Shown here piece after piece: positions 52,353-64,000 of a DNA stretch of 64,000 bases. Source of the stretch: Eledone cirrhosa (taxonomy: Eukaryota). Made by a program: the position numbers and the translations under genes. A model generated the notes under the pieces. That model worked only from the letters and a program-made list of their open reading frames with translations. It was not told where the DNA came from and searched no databases. Position 1 is the stretch's first letter. Every line of letters starts with the position of its first letter. The stretch lies in NCBI GenBank assembly GCA_964016885.1, contig OZ024764.1, positions 19,096,001 to 19,160,000 of the forward strand. Direction: 5' to 3'.

Positions 52353-53186
52353 TTACAGACAAAACACAATTACAGAGTTTTAGTAGTATATAGATAATAT
52401 AGCTTCAATTTAAAGTTAGTAAACGACAGTTTGGAGAAATCTGTAACATTTATTAAACATTGCTCAAGTTTGTCAATTCTATAGCACAATAGTTTGTTAG
52501 TTAAAGTGTTTAGTTAGATGTTCTACATATAAAGAAGAGAGAATACTTTACCACAAATATTACAGTGGTATAATGATTTTCCCATCTCTACTGGAAAATA
52601 TTCCTATGTTGATGTAAATATTTCTATTGTTCATAATTTTATCAAATGTGATCTTTGTCAATATCCAAATATTTTGAAAACTCCTTTGTAAATATCTAAA
52701 ATTTAATCAGAATGTAAAATCATCTTGTAAATATTCCAGACAGTGAAAAAGGAATATGTTGTTATTTATCTCAATTCAGAAGAAATATTTCACCATAATT
52801 CACCACAGACTAAACAAGTTTATATCACTTGTATGTAACATCTTTCTGTTGTCTTTAAAAGACTCTTTTCTGTCAAGGTCATGTGATATTCTGAAATAGT
52901 AGAGAAACATTATTAAGATATTTAGAAAATAGAGATACAGCAATGAAAACTTTACTACATCTCTATATTAATAGATATAAACCTAACATGGTGACACAAA
53001 CACTGCAACACTAACTTACAGGAAAACATCTAGTTACTTGATCTAGTTACTTCAATCAGGTGAAGAGATAAACTAGATTGACTTCATTCTCATCAGAAAA
53101 CAGGATAGACAGATGGTTGGGAATATTAACTCCTTTACTGGAGAAGGACGTACCACTCAACATAGACTAGATACTAGGTGTAAGAT

Positions 53187-53755
53187 CTAGAGGGACTGAC
53201 AGATACAAGACTATCTGGAGATAGAAGGGTTGGAGAGTAAAAGATCTCCCTGTTAAATATAAGATCTAGAGGGACTGTGAGGGTGGTACAAGACAACCTA
53301 GAGAAAGAGGTAGGGACAGTAAAACATCTCCCTGTTTAATATAAAATCTAGAGGGACTGTGAGAGAGGTTCAAGACAACCTAGAGAAAAGGGTAGAGATA
53401 GTAAAATATCACCGTTAAATATAAGATCTAGAGGGACTGTGAGAGAGGTACAAGACAACCTAAATAAAGGGTAGGGATAGTAAAAGATCTCCCTGTTAAA
53501 TATAAAATCTAGAAGGACTGTGAGAGAGGTATAAGACAACCTAGAGAAAAGGGTAGGGATAGTAAAATATCTCCCTGTTAAATATAAGATCTAGAGGGAC
53601 TGTGAGAGAGGTACAAGACAACCTAGAGAAAAGGGTAGGGATAGTAAAATATTTCCCTGTTAAATATAAGATCTAGAGGGACTGTGAGAGAGGTACAAGA
53701 CAATCTAACAAAAGGGGTAAGGACAGTAAAAGATCTCCCTGTTAAATATAAATTC
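53187..53755. repeat. 82-bp minisatellite (about 7 units), copy B
   Basis: Same unit as 31007-32165, uninterrupted. Confidence 0.95.
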
Positions 53756-53932
53756 AGAGATGTTCTACATGATACATATGATAAGGAGGAGGAGATTGAT
53801 AGCTTTGACATAGAAGATATCTGGAAGTTTCTTTCAGACAGCCTGTTGTGAACCACTGATGAGATCTGTAGTTGATGTAAGCTGCCAGCCAGATGAGTGT
53901 TGCCTTGGTGATGGAATAGTACAGTAGATAGA

Positions 53933-54308
53933 AGCCGACCTTACCCAATTACACCTCTCAAAGGCAATGACACACGACCGTGACCTCTGGCGTCACGCAG
54001 TAATACAGAGTACCCGACCTCCCATGGGTACAAGCTGAAGCATATAGACAATATGCCCCCACCGCAATAAAGCACCCAGCCCACACTGTAAAGTGGACGT
54101 GTAGGCGCCACGAAAAAGCACCCAGCACTCACTGTAAATGAGGTTGGTGTTAGGAAGGACATCCAGCTGTAGAAATCAAGCCAAATCAGTTCCTGTATGA
54201 GCAAGGCATGGTCAGCCAACCAGACACTGCCCACAACAGGACAACCCGTCTAACCAATGCTAGCGTGGAAGAACGGACGTAAAACGGTGATGATGATGAT
54301 GATGATGA
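53933..54308 (+). mobile_element. RTE LINE 3' fragment (paralogue of 32343-32711)
   Basis: Near-identical sequence and position. Confidence 0.9.
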
Positions 54309-54766
54309 TAGAAGTTGAAATCTAAAACAACTGAAGAGACAGGAGGGGAACAACAATATCAAATAGTTAAAATGGAAGCTAGATATTAGGCTTACAAATT
54401 ATTGATTTCTGTTGCTATTGTTAAAATCTGTTTAATCTGTGATATGTGAGACAATGTACAGGACAATAGAATTAATATCAATGTCTGACTAGCAACAACA
54501 AAAGTTTTCATTTTATTGGCAGGTTTAAATTACAGAAGTTCCCAAACCTTTACTAAAAATACAAATATATATCTTACCTGTTAAAGTATAATAAATCAAA
54601 GTTTAATGTGAAAAACTTCAAACACTACTTCAAAAATGGAAACCTGGTGTTGATGATCCCTGTCATAGGTAAAACCTACAAGGTTTACCCCAGTTTTAGC
54701 AAGGATGATGGATCTACACAATTGTTGTTGTTGTAGTATGATGTAATGAGTTTGATATTGACACAG

Positions 54767-56132
54767 CTAAACTTCTGTATGAATACGCACATGCTTGGTT
54801 AAGTTACCACTTTGAGAGAATGATTTACCACAGATGTCACAGTGATATGGCTTCTCTCCTGTATGAGTACGTTTGTGGGTAGTTAAGGTATTACCCTGAC
54901 TGAATGATTTACTACAGATGTCAATGATATAGCTTCTCTCCTGTATGAATTTGTTTGTGAACTCTGACGCTACTACTGTGACTGAATGATTTACCACAGA
55001 TATCACAGTGATATGGCTTCTCTCCTGTATGAATACGTTTGTGAGTAGTTAGGTGATTACTCTGAGAGAATGATTTACCACAGATATCACAATGATATGG
55101 GTTCTCTCCTGTATGAATACGTTTGTGAGAAGTTAGGTTATTATTTTTAGAGAACGTTTTACCACAGATATCACAGTGATATGGGTTCTCTCCTGTATGA
55201 ATACGTTTGTGAGTAGTTAGGTGATGACTACAAGTGAATGATTTACCACAGATATCACAATGATATGGGTTCTCTCCTGTATGAATACGTTTGTGAGTAG
55301 TTAGGCTATTATTTTTAGAGAACGTTTTACCACAGATATCACAGTGATATGGTTTCTCTCCTGTATGAATATGTTTGTGATTAGTTAAGGTATTACTGCG
55401 ACTGAATGATTTACCACAGATATCACAGTGATATGGATTCTCTCCTGTATGAATACGTTTGTGAGTAGTTAAGGTATTATTGTGACTGAATGATTTACCA
55501 CAGATGTCACAGTGATATGGCTTCTCTCCTGTATGAATACGTTTTTGAACTCTGACGCTACTACTGTCACTGAATGATTTATCACAGATATCACAGTGAT
55601 ATGGCTTCTCTCCTGTATGAATACGTTTGTGAGTAGTTAAGGTATTATTGTGACTGAATGATTTACCACAGATATCACAGTGATATGGCTTCTCTCCTGT
55701 ATGAATACGTTTGTGAGTAGTTAAGGTATTATTGTGACTGAATGATTTACCACAGATGTCACAGTGATATGGCTTCTCTCCTGTATGAATACGTTTTTGA
55801 ACTCTGACGCTACTACTGTCACTGAATGATTCATCACAGATATCACATTGATATGGCTTCTCTCCTGTATGAATACGTTGGTGTTTAAGGAAGCTACTTC
55901 TGCCAGGGAATGATTTACTACAGATACCACAGTGATATGGCTTCTCTCCTGTACCAATACACTTATGAATAGTTAAGGTATAAGTTTGAGAAAATGATTT
56001 ACCACAGATATCACAGTGATATGGCAACTCTTCCGTATGATTTAGTTTGTGTCTAGTTAATTTATTATTTTTAGAGAATGATTTACCACAGATATCACAG
56101 TGGAATGGTGATTTTACTATATTTTTCGACAT
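54767..56132 (-). pseudogene. C2H2 zinc-finger paralogue, about 16 fingers, frameshift in finger 15 (leaves a 403-aa, 14-finger ORF)
   Basis: Same N-terminus [12 protein letters not shown] and C-terminus HVRIHTEV as copy A; tatcattgacatc instead of tatcactgtgacatc near 54922 (2-nt loss); three fingers lack a Zn-ligand His (HKCIG, VRVQKRIH x2). Confidence 0.85.
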
Positions 56133-56957
56133 ATCTCATAAAAGATATCAATCACCTCAGTTTCTCACATAATTCACAGTTTTAATATTTTTCTCCTCTC
56201 AATATATGGATAGTTTTCTTCTTTATGTTTATAATATTATTCTTAAAACATATTCCTCCAGATATATTTTTATCAACTTTGGTCTTTCTTTATATTTAAA
56301 GATGATACAAACTGTTTTGTAGATTTCTTCAAGTTTAATATACATATAAAATCATCTTGTACATATTCCAGACAGTGAAGAATCTAATTTTTCTGGTCTT
56401 CATTTGATTAGTTATTCCTGTAATAATGGAAATATTTCTACTCCTGTAGTTCCATCAACTATCATCTTTGTCAATATATGAAGATCTTACAAAATCATGT
56501 GTAAATTTCTTCAGCTTTATTTTGTATCTTCTACATATTCAAGACAGCAAAGAATAGAAGTGTTATTGAGTTTACAAGAAATATTTCACAGTATTTCTCC
56601 CATAGATTTATATAAACAAGGTTGTATCTGTTCTGTATAACAGCTTCCTTTAGTCTTTAAATAATGGTGTTGATGAAACAACTGATATAAAAGTGTTTTA
56701 TCCTTTTCATACCAGTCTTTATATTTATCTAAAAACTTTCCATTATAACTTCATGAGATTGGGCAAAGTTATGTTCCAAATAGCAGCTTAATACTGAGAA
56801 ATTTAGTTATATTACTAAATCCCTTGAAAGTGTTGAGTGTTTTCAAAATTATTTGAAAATGATGGGTAGTGTCTTTCATTAGAAATGGTTAATGTTGAGG
56901 ATATGTCTGATGTAACGTGCTCTTTAATGCCAATGTCCTCTGGTATTCTGAAATAAT

Positions 56958-57126
56958 TGTTTCTACTTTAGGCACAAGGCCAGCAAATTACCCAGTGCAT
57001 TACTGGTACTTTATTTTATCGACCCCGTAAGGATGAAAGGCAAAGTCAACCTCGGTGGGATTTGAACTCAGATCGTAAAGGGACGTAACTATGCTGGAAA
57101 GCATGGCGTCCGACCTTCTACCGATA
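56958..57126 (-). mobile_element. tRNA-derived SINE (Meta-domain-like centre) with 18-bp TSD, copy B only
   Basis: Minus-strand box B gagttcaaatccc, then gactttgcctttcatccttacggggtcgataaa..gtaccag; TSD ctggtattctgaaataat at 56940-56957 and 57127-57144. Confidence 0.88.
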
Positions 57127-57284
57127 CTGGTATTCTGAAATAATAAAAGAACATTATAAGATTCTCAGAAACTTGTAATACATCAGTACAAATTTCATAT
57201 AATATTTCTATATTGATAAATGGACTGTAATAAATACTAAGGCCTTCTTTGGTGAAGAATGTGCTGACTAACATAGGTTAGTTA

Positions 57285-58702
57285 TTAGTGGCAGTAGATT
57301 ATACTGACTGATAAAAGTAGTTATTAGTGACATTAGATTATATTGACTGATAAAAGTAGTTATTAGTGACATTAGATTAAACTGACTGATAAAAGTAGTT
57401 ATTAGTGACATTAGATTATACTGACTGATAAAAGTAGTTATTAGTGACATTAGATTATACTGACTGATAAAAGTAGTTATTAGTGGCATTAGATTATACT
57501 GACTGATAAAAGTAGTTATTAGTGGCATTAGATTAAACTGACTGATAAAAGTAGTTATTAGTGACATTAGATTATACTGACTGATAAAAGTAGTTATTAG
57601 TGGCATTAGATTATTCTGACTGATAAAAGTAGTTAATAGTGACATTAGATTATACTGACTGATAAAAGTAGTTATTAGTGACATTAGATTAAACTGACTG
57701 ATAAAAGTAGTTATTAGTGACATTAGATTATACTGACTGATAAAAGTAGTTATTAGTGACATTAGATTATTCTGACTGATAAAAGTAGTTATTAGTGACA
57801 TGAGATTAAACTGACTGATAAAAGTAGTTATTAGTGACATGAGATTAAACTGACTGATAAAAGTAGTTATTAGTGACATGAGATTAAACTGACTGATAAA
57901 AGTAGTTATTAGTGGCATTAGATTAAACTGACTGATAAAAGTAGTTATTAGTGACATGAGATTAAACTGACTGATAAAAGTAGTTATTAGTGACATTAGA
58001 TTAAACTGACTGATAAAAGTAGTTATTAGTGACATTAGATTATACTGACTGATAAAAGTAGTTATTAGTGACATGAGATTAAACTGACTGATAAAAGTAG
58101 TTATTAGTGACATGAGATTAAACTGACTGATAAAAGTAGTTATTAGTGACATGAGATTAAACTGACTGATAAAAGTAGTTATTAGTGACATGAGATTAAA
58201 CTGACTGATAAAAGTAGTTATTAGTGACATTAGATTAAACTGACTGATAAAAGTAGTTATTAGTGACATTAGATTATACTGACTGATAAAAGTAGTTATT
58301 AGTGACATGAGATTAAACTGACTGATAAAAGTAGTTATTAGTGACATGAGATTAAACTGACTGATAAAAGTAGTTATTAGTGACATGAGATTAAACTGAC
58401 TGATAAAAGTAGTTATTAGTGACATTAGATTAAACTGACTGATAAAAGTAGTTATTAGTGACATTAGATTATACTGACTGATAAAAGTAGTTATTAGTGA
58501 CATTAGATTAAACTGACTGATAAAAGTAGTTATTAGTGACATTAGATAATACTGACAGATAAAAGTAGTTATTAGTGACATTAGATTATACTGACTGATA
58601 AAAGTAGTTATTAGTGACATTAGATTATACTGACTGATAAAAGTAGTTATTAGTGGCAGTAGATTATACTGACTGATAAAAGTAGTTATTAGTGATATCA
58701 GA
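57285..58702. repeat. 39-bp minisatellite (about 36 units), copy B
   Basis: Same unit as 35866-36742, with a private gacatgag variant. Confidence 0.97.
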
Positions 58703-58921
58703 TTAACCCTTTAGTATTCACATTACTCTATATTTACTATTATATTTTCACAGTAAATGCTTTATCTCACATAATATCAAATCTATGAGATTTTGATGTT
58801 ACTTATTTTGAGAACAATACCTTAACATAAGTATAAGTGACCAGTTATGGCCAGTTTGAACAGAAAGATGTGGGAGAATTCTGGCCAGATATGGCCAGTT
58901 TATATACTAAAGGGTTAAAGA

Positions 58922-60500
58922 AATTAGGTGTAGAAGAATGACTTGTGAGAAGCTGTCAGTAAAGTGTGTTTAGTGAGTAATTGAAGGTACAGGTAGGAGT
59001 TCATCATGGTTTAGTTCTTAGCCCACTGTTGTTCATCATAGTTCTCCAAGCCATAACAGAGAGCTTTAAGACTGGCTGTCAATGGAAACTTCTCTATGTA
59101 GATGACCAGCTATAGATATAGAATTTGAAATGGTAAGTTCTGAGAATATACTTAGCCAAAACTAAAGTGGTAATGGATAGGAGAGAAGACCCTGACCCCT
59201 TCAGGAAAGTGGCCCTGCTCCATATGTAGAAAAGGAATAAGTAGAGATAACCACAATGACAGAGGACAAAGATCTAGTTATAATAGCAGGGGACTTCAAT
59301 GGTCATGTTGGACAGCTCCAGGATGGATACACTGGGGTACATGGTGGTCATGGTTATGGCTCAAGAAATGAAGAAGGAGTGAGGCTTCTTGTATTTTGTG
59401 ATGCAAGTGAACTAACCATTTGCAACACTTTAAGAAACCTACCAACCACCTAATAACCTACCAATCAGGTGAGCACATGAGACAGATTTACTTCTTGCTA
59501 CTAGAGAGGTTCTTAGAGAAGAATAAACCACTATACTTAGCTTTTGTTCACCTAGAAAAGGCCTTTGATAGAGTACCCCAATCTGTCATCCGGTGGTCCC
59601 TAAGGAAACTAGGTGTAGAGGAATAGTTTGTGAGGACAATGCAAGCTATGTACAGAGGTGGTGTCAGTAAAGTGAGGGTAGGAATGGAGTTTAATAAGGA
59701 ATTCCAGATACAAGTAGGAGTACATCAGGGTCGGTCCTCAGCCCGCCCTTGTTCATTATAGGCCTCCAAGCCATAAAAGAGGAGTTTAAGACTGGCTGCC
59801 CATGGGAACTTCTCTAGGCTGACGATGTGGTTCTTATAGCAGAATCAGTAGAGGAGCTAGAGAATAAATTCTGGCTATGGAAACAGCAGTTGGAAGCAAG
59901 AGGACTGAGAGTGAACCTAGCTAAGACTAAAGTGTTGAGTAGAAAAGAGGACAAAACTGTCATTCCATCAGGGAAATGGCCTTTTTCAATATGTAGAAAA
60001 GGAACTGGCATAAATTCTATAATGTACACAATGCAAATTTTGGGTACACAAGAAATGTAGTGGGATAGCAGGCAAACTAACAGGTAGGGAAAACTACATA
60101 TGCAGTAGAGGTACAGGGAAATTTGACAGTAGAAGTCGCATTGATAGACACATTTTTCAAATGCAGATAGGTTCTATAGAAGTGGTTGATAGCTTCCGGT
60201 ATCTAGGTGATCAAATTAGCATGGGAGGAGGGTGCTCAGAGGCCATAGTATCTAGAATAAGGACGGGTTGGAAGACGTTTAGGGAGCTGCTTGCTCTGTT
60301 GACAAAGAAGGGTTTCTCCCTAAGAACGAATGGCTGGTGATGCCTGCATGAGATGTGTGATGCTGCACGGTAGTGAGACATGGACAGCAACTGCGGAGGA
60401 TATGCAACGGCTGGAGAGAGATGAAGCAAGTATGCTCCGTTGGATGTGCAATGTCAATGTGCATCAACGACCAAGCATAGATGAGTTGAGAGAGAATGCA
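58922..60500 (+). mobile_element. RTE LINE fragments: shared old pieces to about 59490, then a copy-B-specific RT and C-terminal piece
   Basis: AGDFNGHVG; LYLAFVHLEKAFDRVP; ENKFWLWKQQLEARGLRVNLAKTKV; LHGSETW. Same subfamily as 28873-30192, opposite strand. Confidence 0.9.
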
Positions 60501-60519
60501 CAACATGGCCATACCACTG

Positions 60520-60905
60520 CATGTGTCTCCTGTGAAACACATCCTTGAGGTTGTCGATCAGCAGTTTTTTTAGGAGCTCAGTTGAGCTGACATCATCCTC
60601 AATGGTCACACTACACATCCAGTGGATCATAGCTCTGTCATTTCTTCAGAGTCAATTCAGACAGTCAGATAACATGGCCCAGGTCTCGCTGGCATGAAAC
60701 AACACACTTCTCCCACAGGTGTTATAAATCTGCCTCATGGTGTCTAATGGTAGCCAGCATGTCTTGAGGATTAGGAGAAGCTGCCTAAACTTGTTACCTG
60801 TGGAGTGGCACAGCACAATGGCAGTGAACTTGGCTCCACTTCCAGCTGACATGTCACACAGGTAGCAGAAAGATGTCACCACTTCCAGCTTGTCCTCACC
60901 AACAG
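60520..60905 (-). mobile_element. Old RTE fragment
   Basis: EVVTSFCYLCD..RSVLFHASETW on the minus strand. Confidence 0.7.
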
Positions 60906-60932
60906 GCCTCTAGTTATAAAGGTTATCATTGA

Positions 60933-61281
60933 CCAACACTGACACCCCTCAGGGTAGACTGAACCAACACTTACACCCCCCAGGGGTGGACTGAACCAAC
61001 ACTAACACCCCCCTGGGGTGGACTGAACCAACACTAACACCCCCCAGGGTAGACTGAACCAACACTAACACCCCCCAGGGTGGACTGAACCAACACTAAC
61101 ACCCCCCAGGGTGTACTGAACGAACACTAACATCCCCCAGAGTGGACTGAACCAACACTAACACCCCCAGAGTGGACTGAACCAACACTAACACCCCCAG
61201 AGTGGACTGAACCAACACTAACACCCCCCCAGGGTGTACTGAACCAACACTAACACCCCCCAGGGTGGACTGAACCAACAT
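60933..61281. repeat. 30-32-bp minisatellite (about 11 units)
   Basis: Unit cccccagggtggactgaaccaacactaacac with a variable C-run. Confidence 0.95.
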
Positions 61282-61320
61282 TTACCACAGGTCTATAAAT
61301 AACTGTATTACCCTATCATG

Positions 61321-61622
61321 ATACTATAACATTATAAACCTAAAACTCTGTGATTGTGTCTTGTCTGTAATGTAATACAGCTAAAACGGGGCATAATGGG
61401 AAAATAGTTTGAAAGGAAGTTGACCCTGAAATGGGAATACAAATGGGATAAAATAAGTTTCACATAAATCAGAGCACAGGTTCCCGAGATATGGGTTTTT
61501 TCTGGTACCTTTATAAATAGAGAGAGAAAGATAATGGGTGTGTGTGAGAGAGATAGCTGGTGGTGCTGTTGAACAAAGTTATAAAATTAGAACAAGTGAC
61601 TTGTGTGTGTCTGTGACAGACA

Positions 61623-61667
<45 letters not shown>

Positions 61668-61769
61668 TACTAATTTCATTTTAGATTATAGACATGTCTG
61701 TGTATATTTTGATTATTTAAAAATTATTTTTAAAGGGAACGTGACCCAACAGGTCACAGGTGTTCTAGT
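61321..61769 (+). mobile_element. Non-autonomous Helitron-like element with internal (TA)n
   Basis: 5' atactataacattataaa..; 3' hairpin GTGACC-caaca-GGTCAC 7 nt before CTAG|t; homologous to 28463-28856. Confidence 0.7.
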
Positions 61770-61819
61770 AAGATTATAAATACAAACACACATAAGATAG
61801 AATCTACTCAAACCTTAAT

Positions 61820-62050
61820 ATCTCAGACCCCAGTAGATTACTGGAACTTTAATTTATCCACTCCGTTAGAATGAAAGACAAAGTTAACTTTGGTGGGATT
61901 TGAACTCATAACATAAAGGGTTGAAATCCCGCCGAGGTTAGCTTTGCCCTCCATCTTTACGGGGTTGATTTAAGATCTTATAATAGTTTCTGATTAAGAC
62001 ACAAGGTCGACAATGTTTGGGGGGGAATAAGTTGATTAAATCAAACACAG
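61820..62050. mobile_element. Two oppositely oriented fragments of the tRNA-derived SINE
   Basis: gaaagacaaagttaactttggtgggatttgaac (minus copy) followed by gttgaaatcccgccgaggttagctttgccctccatc (plus copy). Confidence 0.75.
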
Positions 62051-63209
62051 TTACTGTGAGATCACTTCTTTGATAGTTTGTTTAAAAATAACTGATTCAC
62101 AATTTACGTATGAAAAGTTGACAAAGATTTACAAGTGGTGTTATCAATAAATAGGGTCTTCAAAGTAGCAGGAAACGACTAGATTTGTAGATAAAGAAGT
62201 GGGAGACAGGATTATCAGAGTTTAGAAGAGCTACACACTTCTCCAGTTGGCTGGGAAATAATTATCTTTCCTTAATTTTATTTCTCGACCTCTTAGATGT
62301 TTGCAATCGACTTTTCTTCCTGAAAACTGAAACCCTAACCCTAATACTGGGGAATAAAACGTCTATTGCAAGTATCGAAGGGGTCCAGAGAAAATATTGA
62401 AAAGGGGTCTAGAAAAAAATCTAAGAAAAATAATTATTTCCCACCCAACGTGAGGTGTGAGTAGATCTGTGAAACTACATCTCTTCGTATACTTTCACCC
62501 TGCTTTTTCTACAAATCTAGTTGTTTCCGTGAGGGTACCTGGTTATTTCAACACCTTAGCCTCACCTTACCGAGGTGTCAGGTGATACCCGTGAGGGTAC
62601 CTGGTTATTTCAGATCCTTAGCCTCACCATACCGAGGTGTCAGGTGATACCAGTGAGAGTACCTGGTTATTTCAACACCTTAGTAATGCTGCCAGTGTGT
62701 TGGCTTGCCTCAAAGTGTGTAGTTAACCCCTAAGGTGTGAGGTGTGGCCTATTATCACACTTGGTGGTCAATTGCCATCTCCCACTGTGTTTTGCTTTCC
62801 TTTATCATTATTGTTCAATAAATTATATTATTACACACAGTTTAGACAATATATTTGTAATGTCTTTCTCAAGGAATTGCCAGCAATTTATAATGTTATT
62901 TACACACTTATGTTATTTATGTATATATTTAAAACATATTTACAACGTTATTCTACTGTAAATTTATACAATTGTAATAAAATATATTAATTATATCATC
63001 ACATAATATAAAAACGACCTTTAGAATATTTAAATATTTAGTTTTGTTAATTTATTTTTCAGCAACAACAAAAGTTTTCACTTTAATTAATTAGAGGTAG
63101 GTAAAATATAGATAATTACGATAACATTTTATATTTCCAGTAATGAAACAAACAAGAAAATATATATTTGTGATGTGAAAAGTGAGCTTAAATCTAGAAT
63201 ATTAATAGA

Positions 63210-63365
63210 CATAATACTTACATTATAGTCTCAGGTGTTTAGTATTTACAGAAATGTTGTCTAAATGATATTGTAGGAAGACTAACACGTGGACAGGAAG
63301 TCGACAACTGCACCACTGCGCATGCTTCAATGTCAAAGGTCAAGTTTTTGTGTGACGTAAATATT
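63210..63365 (-). promoter_or_regulatory. Putative ZNF promoter and first exon (copy B)
   Basis: Same E-box/ETS/NRF1/CRE-like motif cluster and splice donor as 42700-42845. Confidence 0.55.
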
Positions 63366-63402
63366 TTTACCGAATTAAATTATGTGAAGTTTGTAATAAA
63401 AA

Positions 63403-64000
63403 CGTGGGTATGGTGTGGCGTGCGGTGGCCGGAAGCGGGGGATTGCCCGACCGGAAGGGTGCTTGGCCGGAAGGATGCTCGACCGGAAGGGCCAGCAGAT
63501 GGCGCTCTCTAGTGGTGACCAGCAACGGTGTAGACGCGAGTTTTGGCATCTCCCGGTGTTAAGGAGTTGGACGCACGTGGGAGAGGAAAGACCAGCAGTG
63601 GAATTTAGCGGCGCCTATGAAAAGCGGTGACATAGCTTTTTCTAACCACAAGCTATTTCGGCACTGGAAACTGAGATCTGATTGAAAAAAAATAAATAAA
63701 TAAAGCTACTGGAAAAACAGAGAGGAGTCTGTTGTTTTTTTTTATCACGTACCGCAAGACAAATTAGAAGATGGCGTCAAGACTACGAACAAGCGAAGCT
63801 ATCAGGGCATTTACCGGGGTAGGTGTTGTCGCTTGGCTGCGAAAAGTCCGGCTGGTCGCAAGCTTGCAGAAGATAGAAGATGTGGCTGGCCTCATGGCAC
63901 TGTACCTCGAGGGGGACGCGTTGGTACTCTTCCTTGAGTTGGACGAACACAGCCAAAGAGATGCGCAAAAGATTGAGAGGCGCATGATGGAAGCGTTCGC
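63403..64000 (+). mobile_element. 5' end of a Ty3/Gypsy LTR retrotransposon (putative LTR about 63414-63761, then gag)
   Basis: Abrupt CpG-rich sequence replacing the copy A flank; AATAAA near 63691; Gag-like ORF follows. Confidence 0.7.
63771..64000 (+). CDS. gag: Gypsy Gag N-terminus, runs off the window end
   Basis: My translation: MASRLRTSEAIRAFTGVGVVAWLRKVRLVASLQKIEDVAGLMALYLEGDALVLFLELDEHSQRDAQKIERRMMEAF. The F-x-G..W..L-x-G-x-A..F pattern fits retrotransposon capsid. Confidence 0.7.
   Translation, partial: MASRLRTSEAIRAFTGVGVVAWLRKVRLVASLQKIEDVAGLMALYLEGDALVLFLELDEHSQRDAQKIERRMMEAF

Larger units (their letters stand above)
51328..63402. repeat. Segmental duplication copy B (ZNF gene unit)
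   Basis: Colinear with 28361-42885. Confidence 0.95.

Noticed and set aside
57268-58620. ORF (MSLITTFISQFNL)n, also at 36007-36699
   Set aside because: Translation of a 39-bp minisatellite in a putative intron; unit number differs between paralogues.

Overview
Eukaryotic, repeat-rich animal DNA, most likely an octopus (cephalopod) C2H2 zinc-finger cluster. That assignment is inferred from the KRAB-less [16 protein letters not shown] finger arrays and the RTE/SINE families, not from a search. Bases 1-28.3 kb are a single 48-bp satellite array of about 590 monomers with nested higher-order duplications; all ORFs there are artefacts. The rest is a tandem segmental duplication (about 28361-42885 and 51328-63402). 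Each copy carries a minus-strand zinc-finger gene: one intact with 20 fingers, one frameshifted with about 16. Each gene has a putative non-coding first exon and promoter, and the copies have been invaded independently by RTE and CRE LINEs, SINEs, Helitron-like elements, MITEs and a Gypsy element. A Buster-type hAT relic lies between the copies. Main observations: (1) the satellite monomer is the repeating module of an RTE-LINE 3' UTR, and the intermediate stages (1-2 copies, 112-bp x3, 71-bp grading into 48-bp, then 28 kb) are all present in this window; (2) that module looks like a covarying hairpin plus H-type pseudoknot, with a 7-nt CUGUAAA loop resembling a tRNA-Tyr anticodon arm; (3) the satellite ends in a perfect fold-back junction; (4) finger arrays are shuffled between otherwise near-identical paralogues; (5) a SINE target-site duplication copied a splice acceptor. 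All alignments were done by eye and coordinates of degraded elements are approximate.
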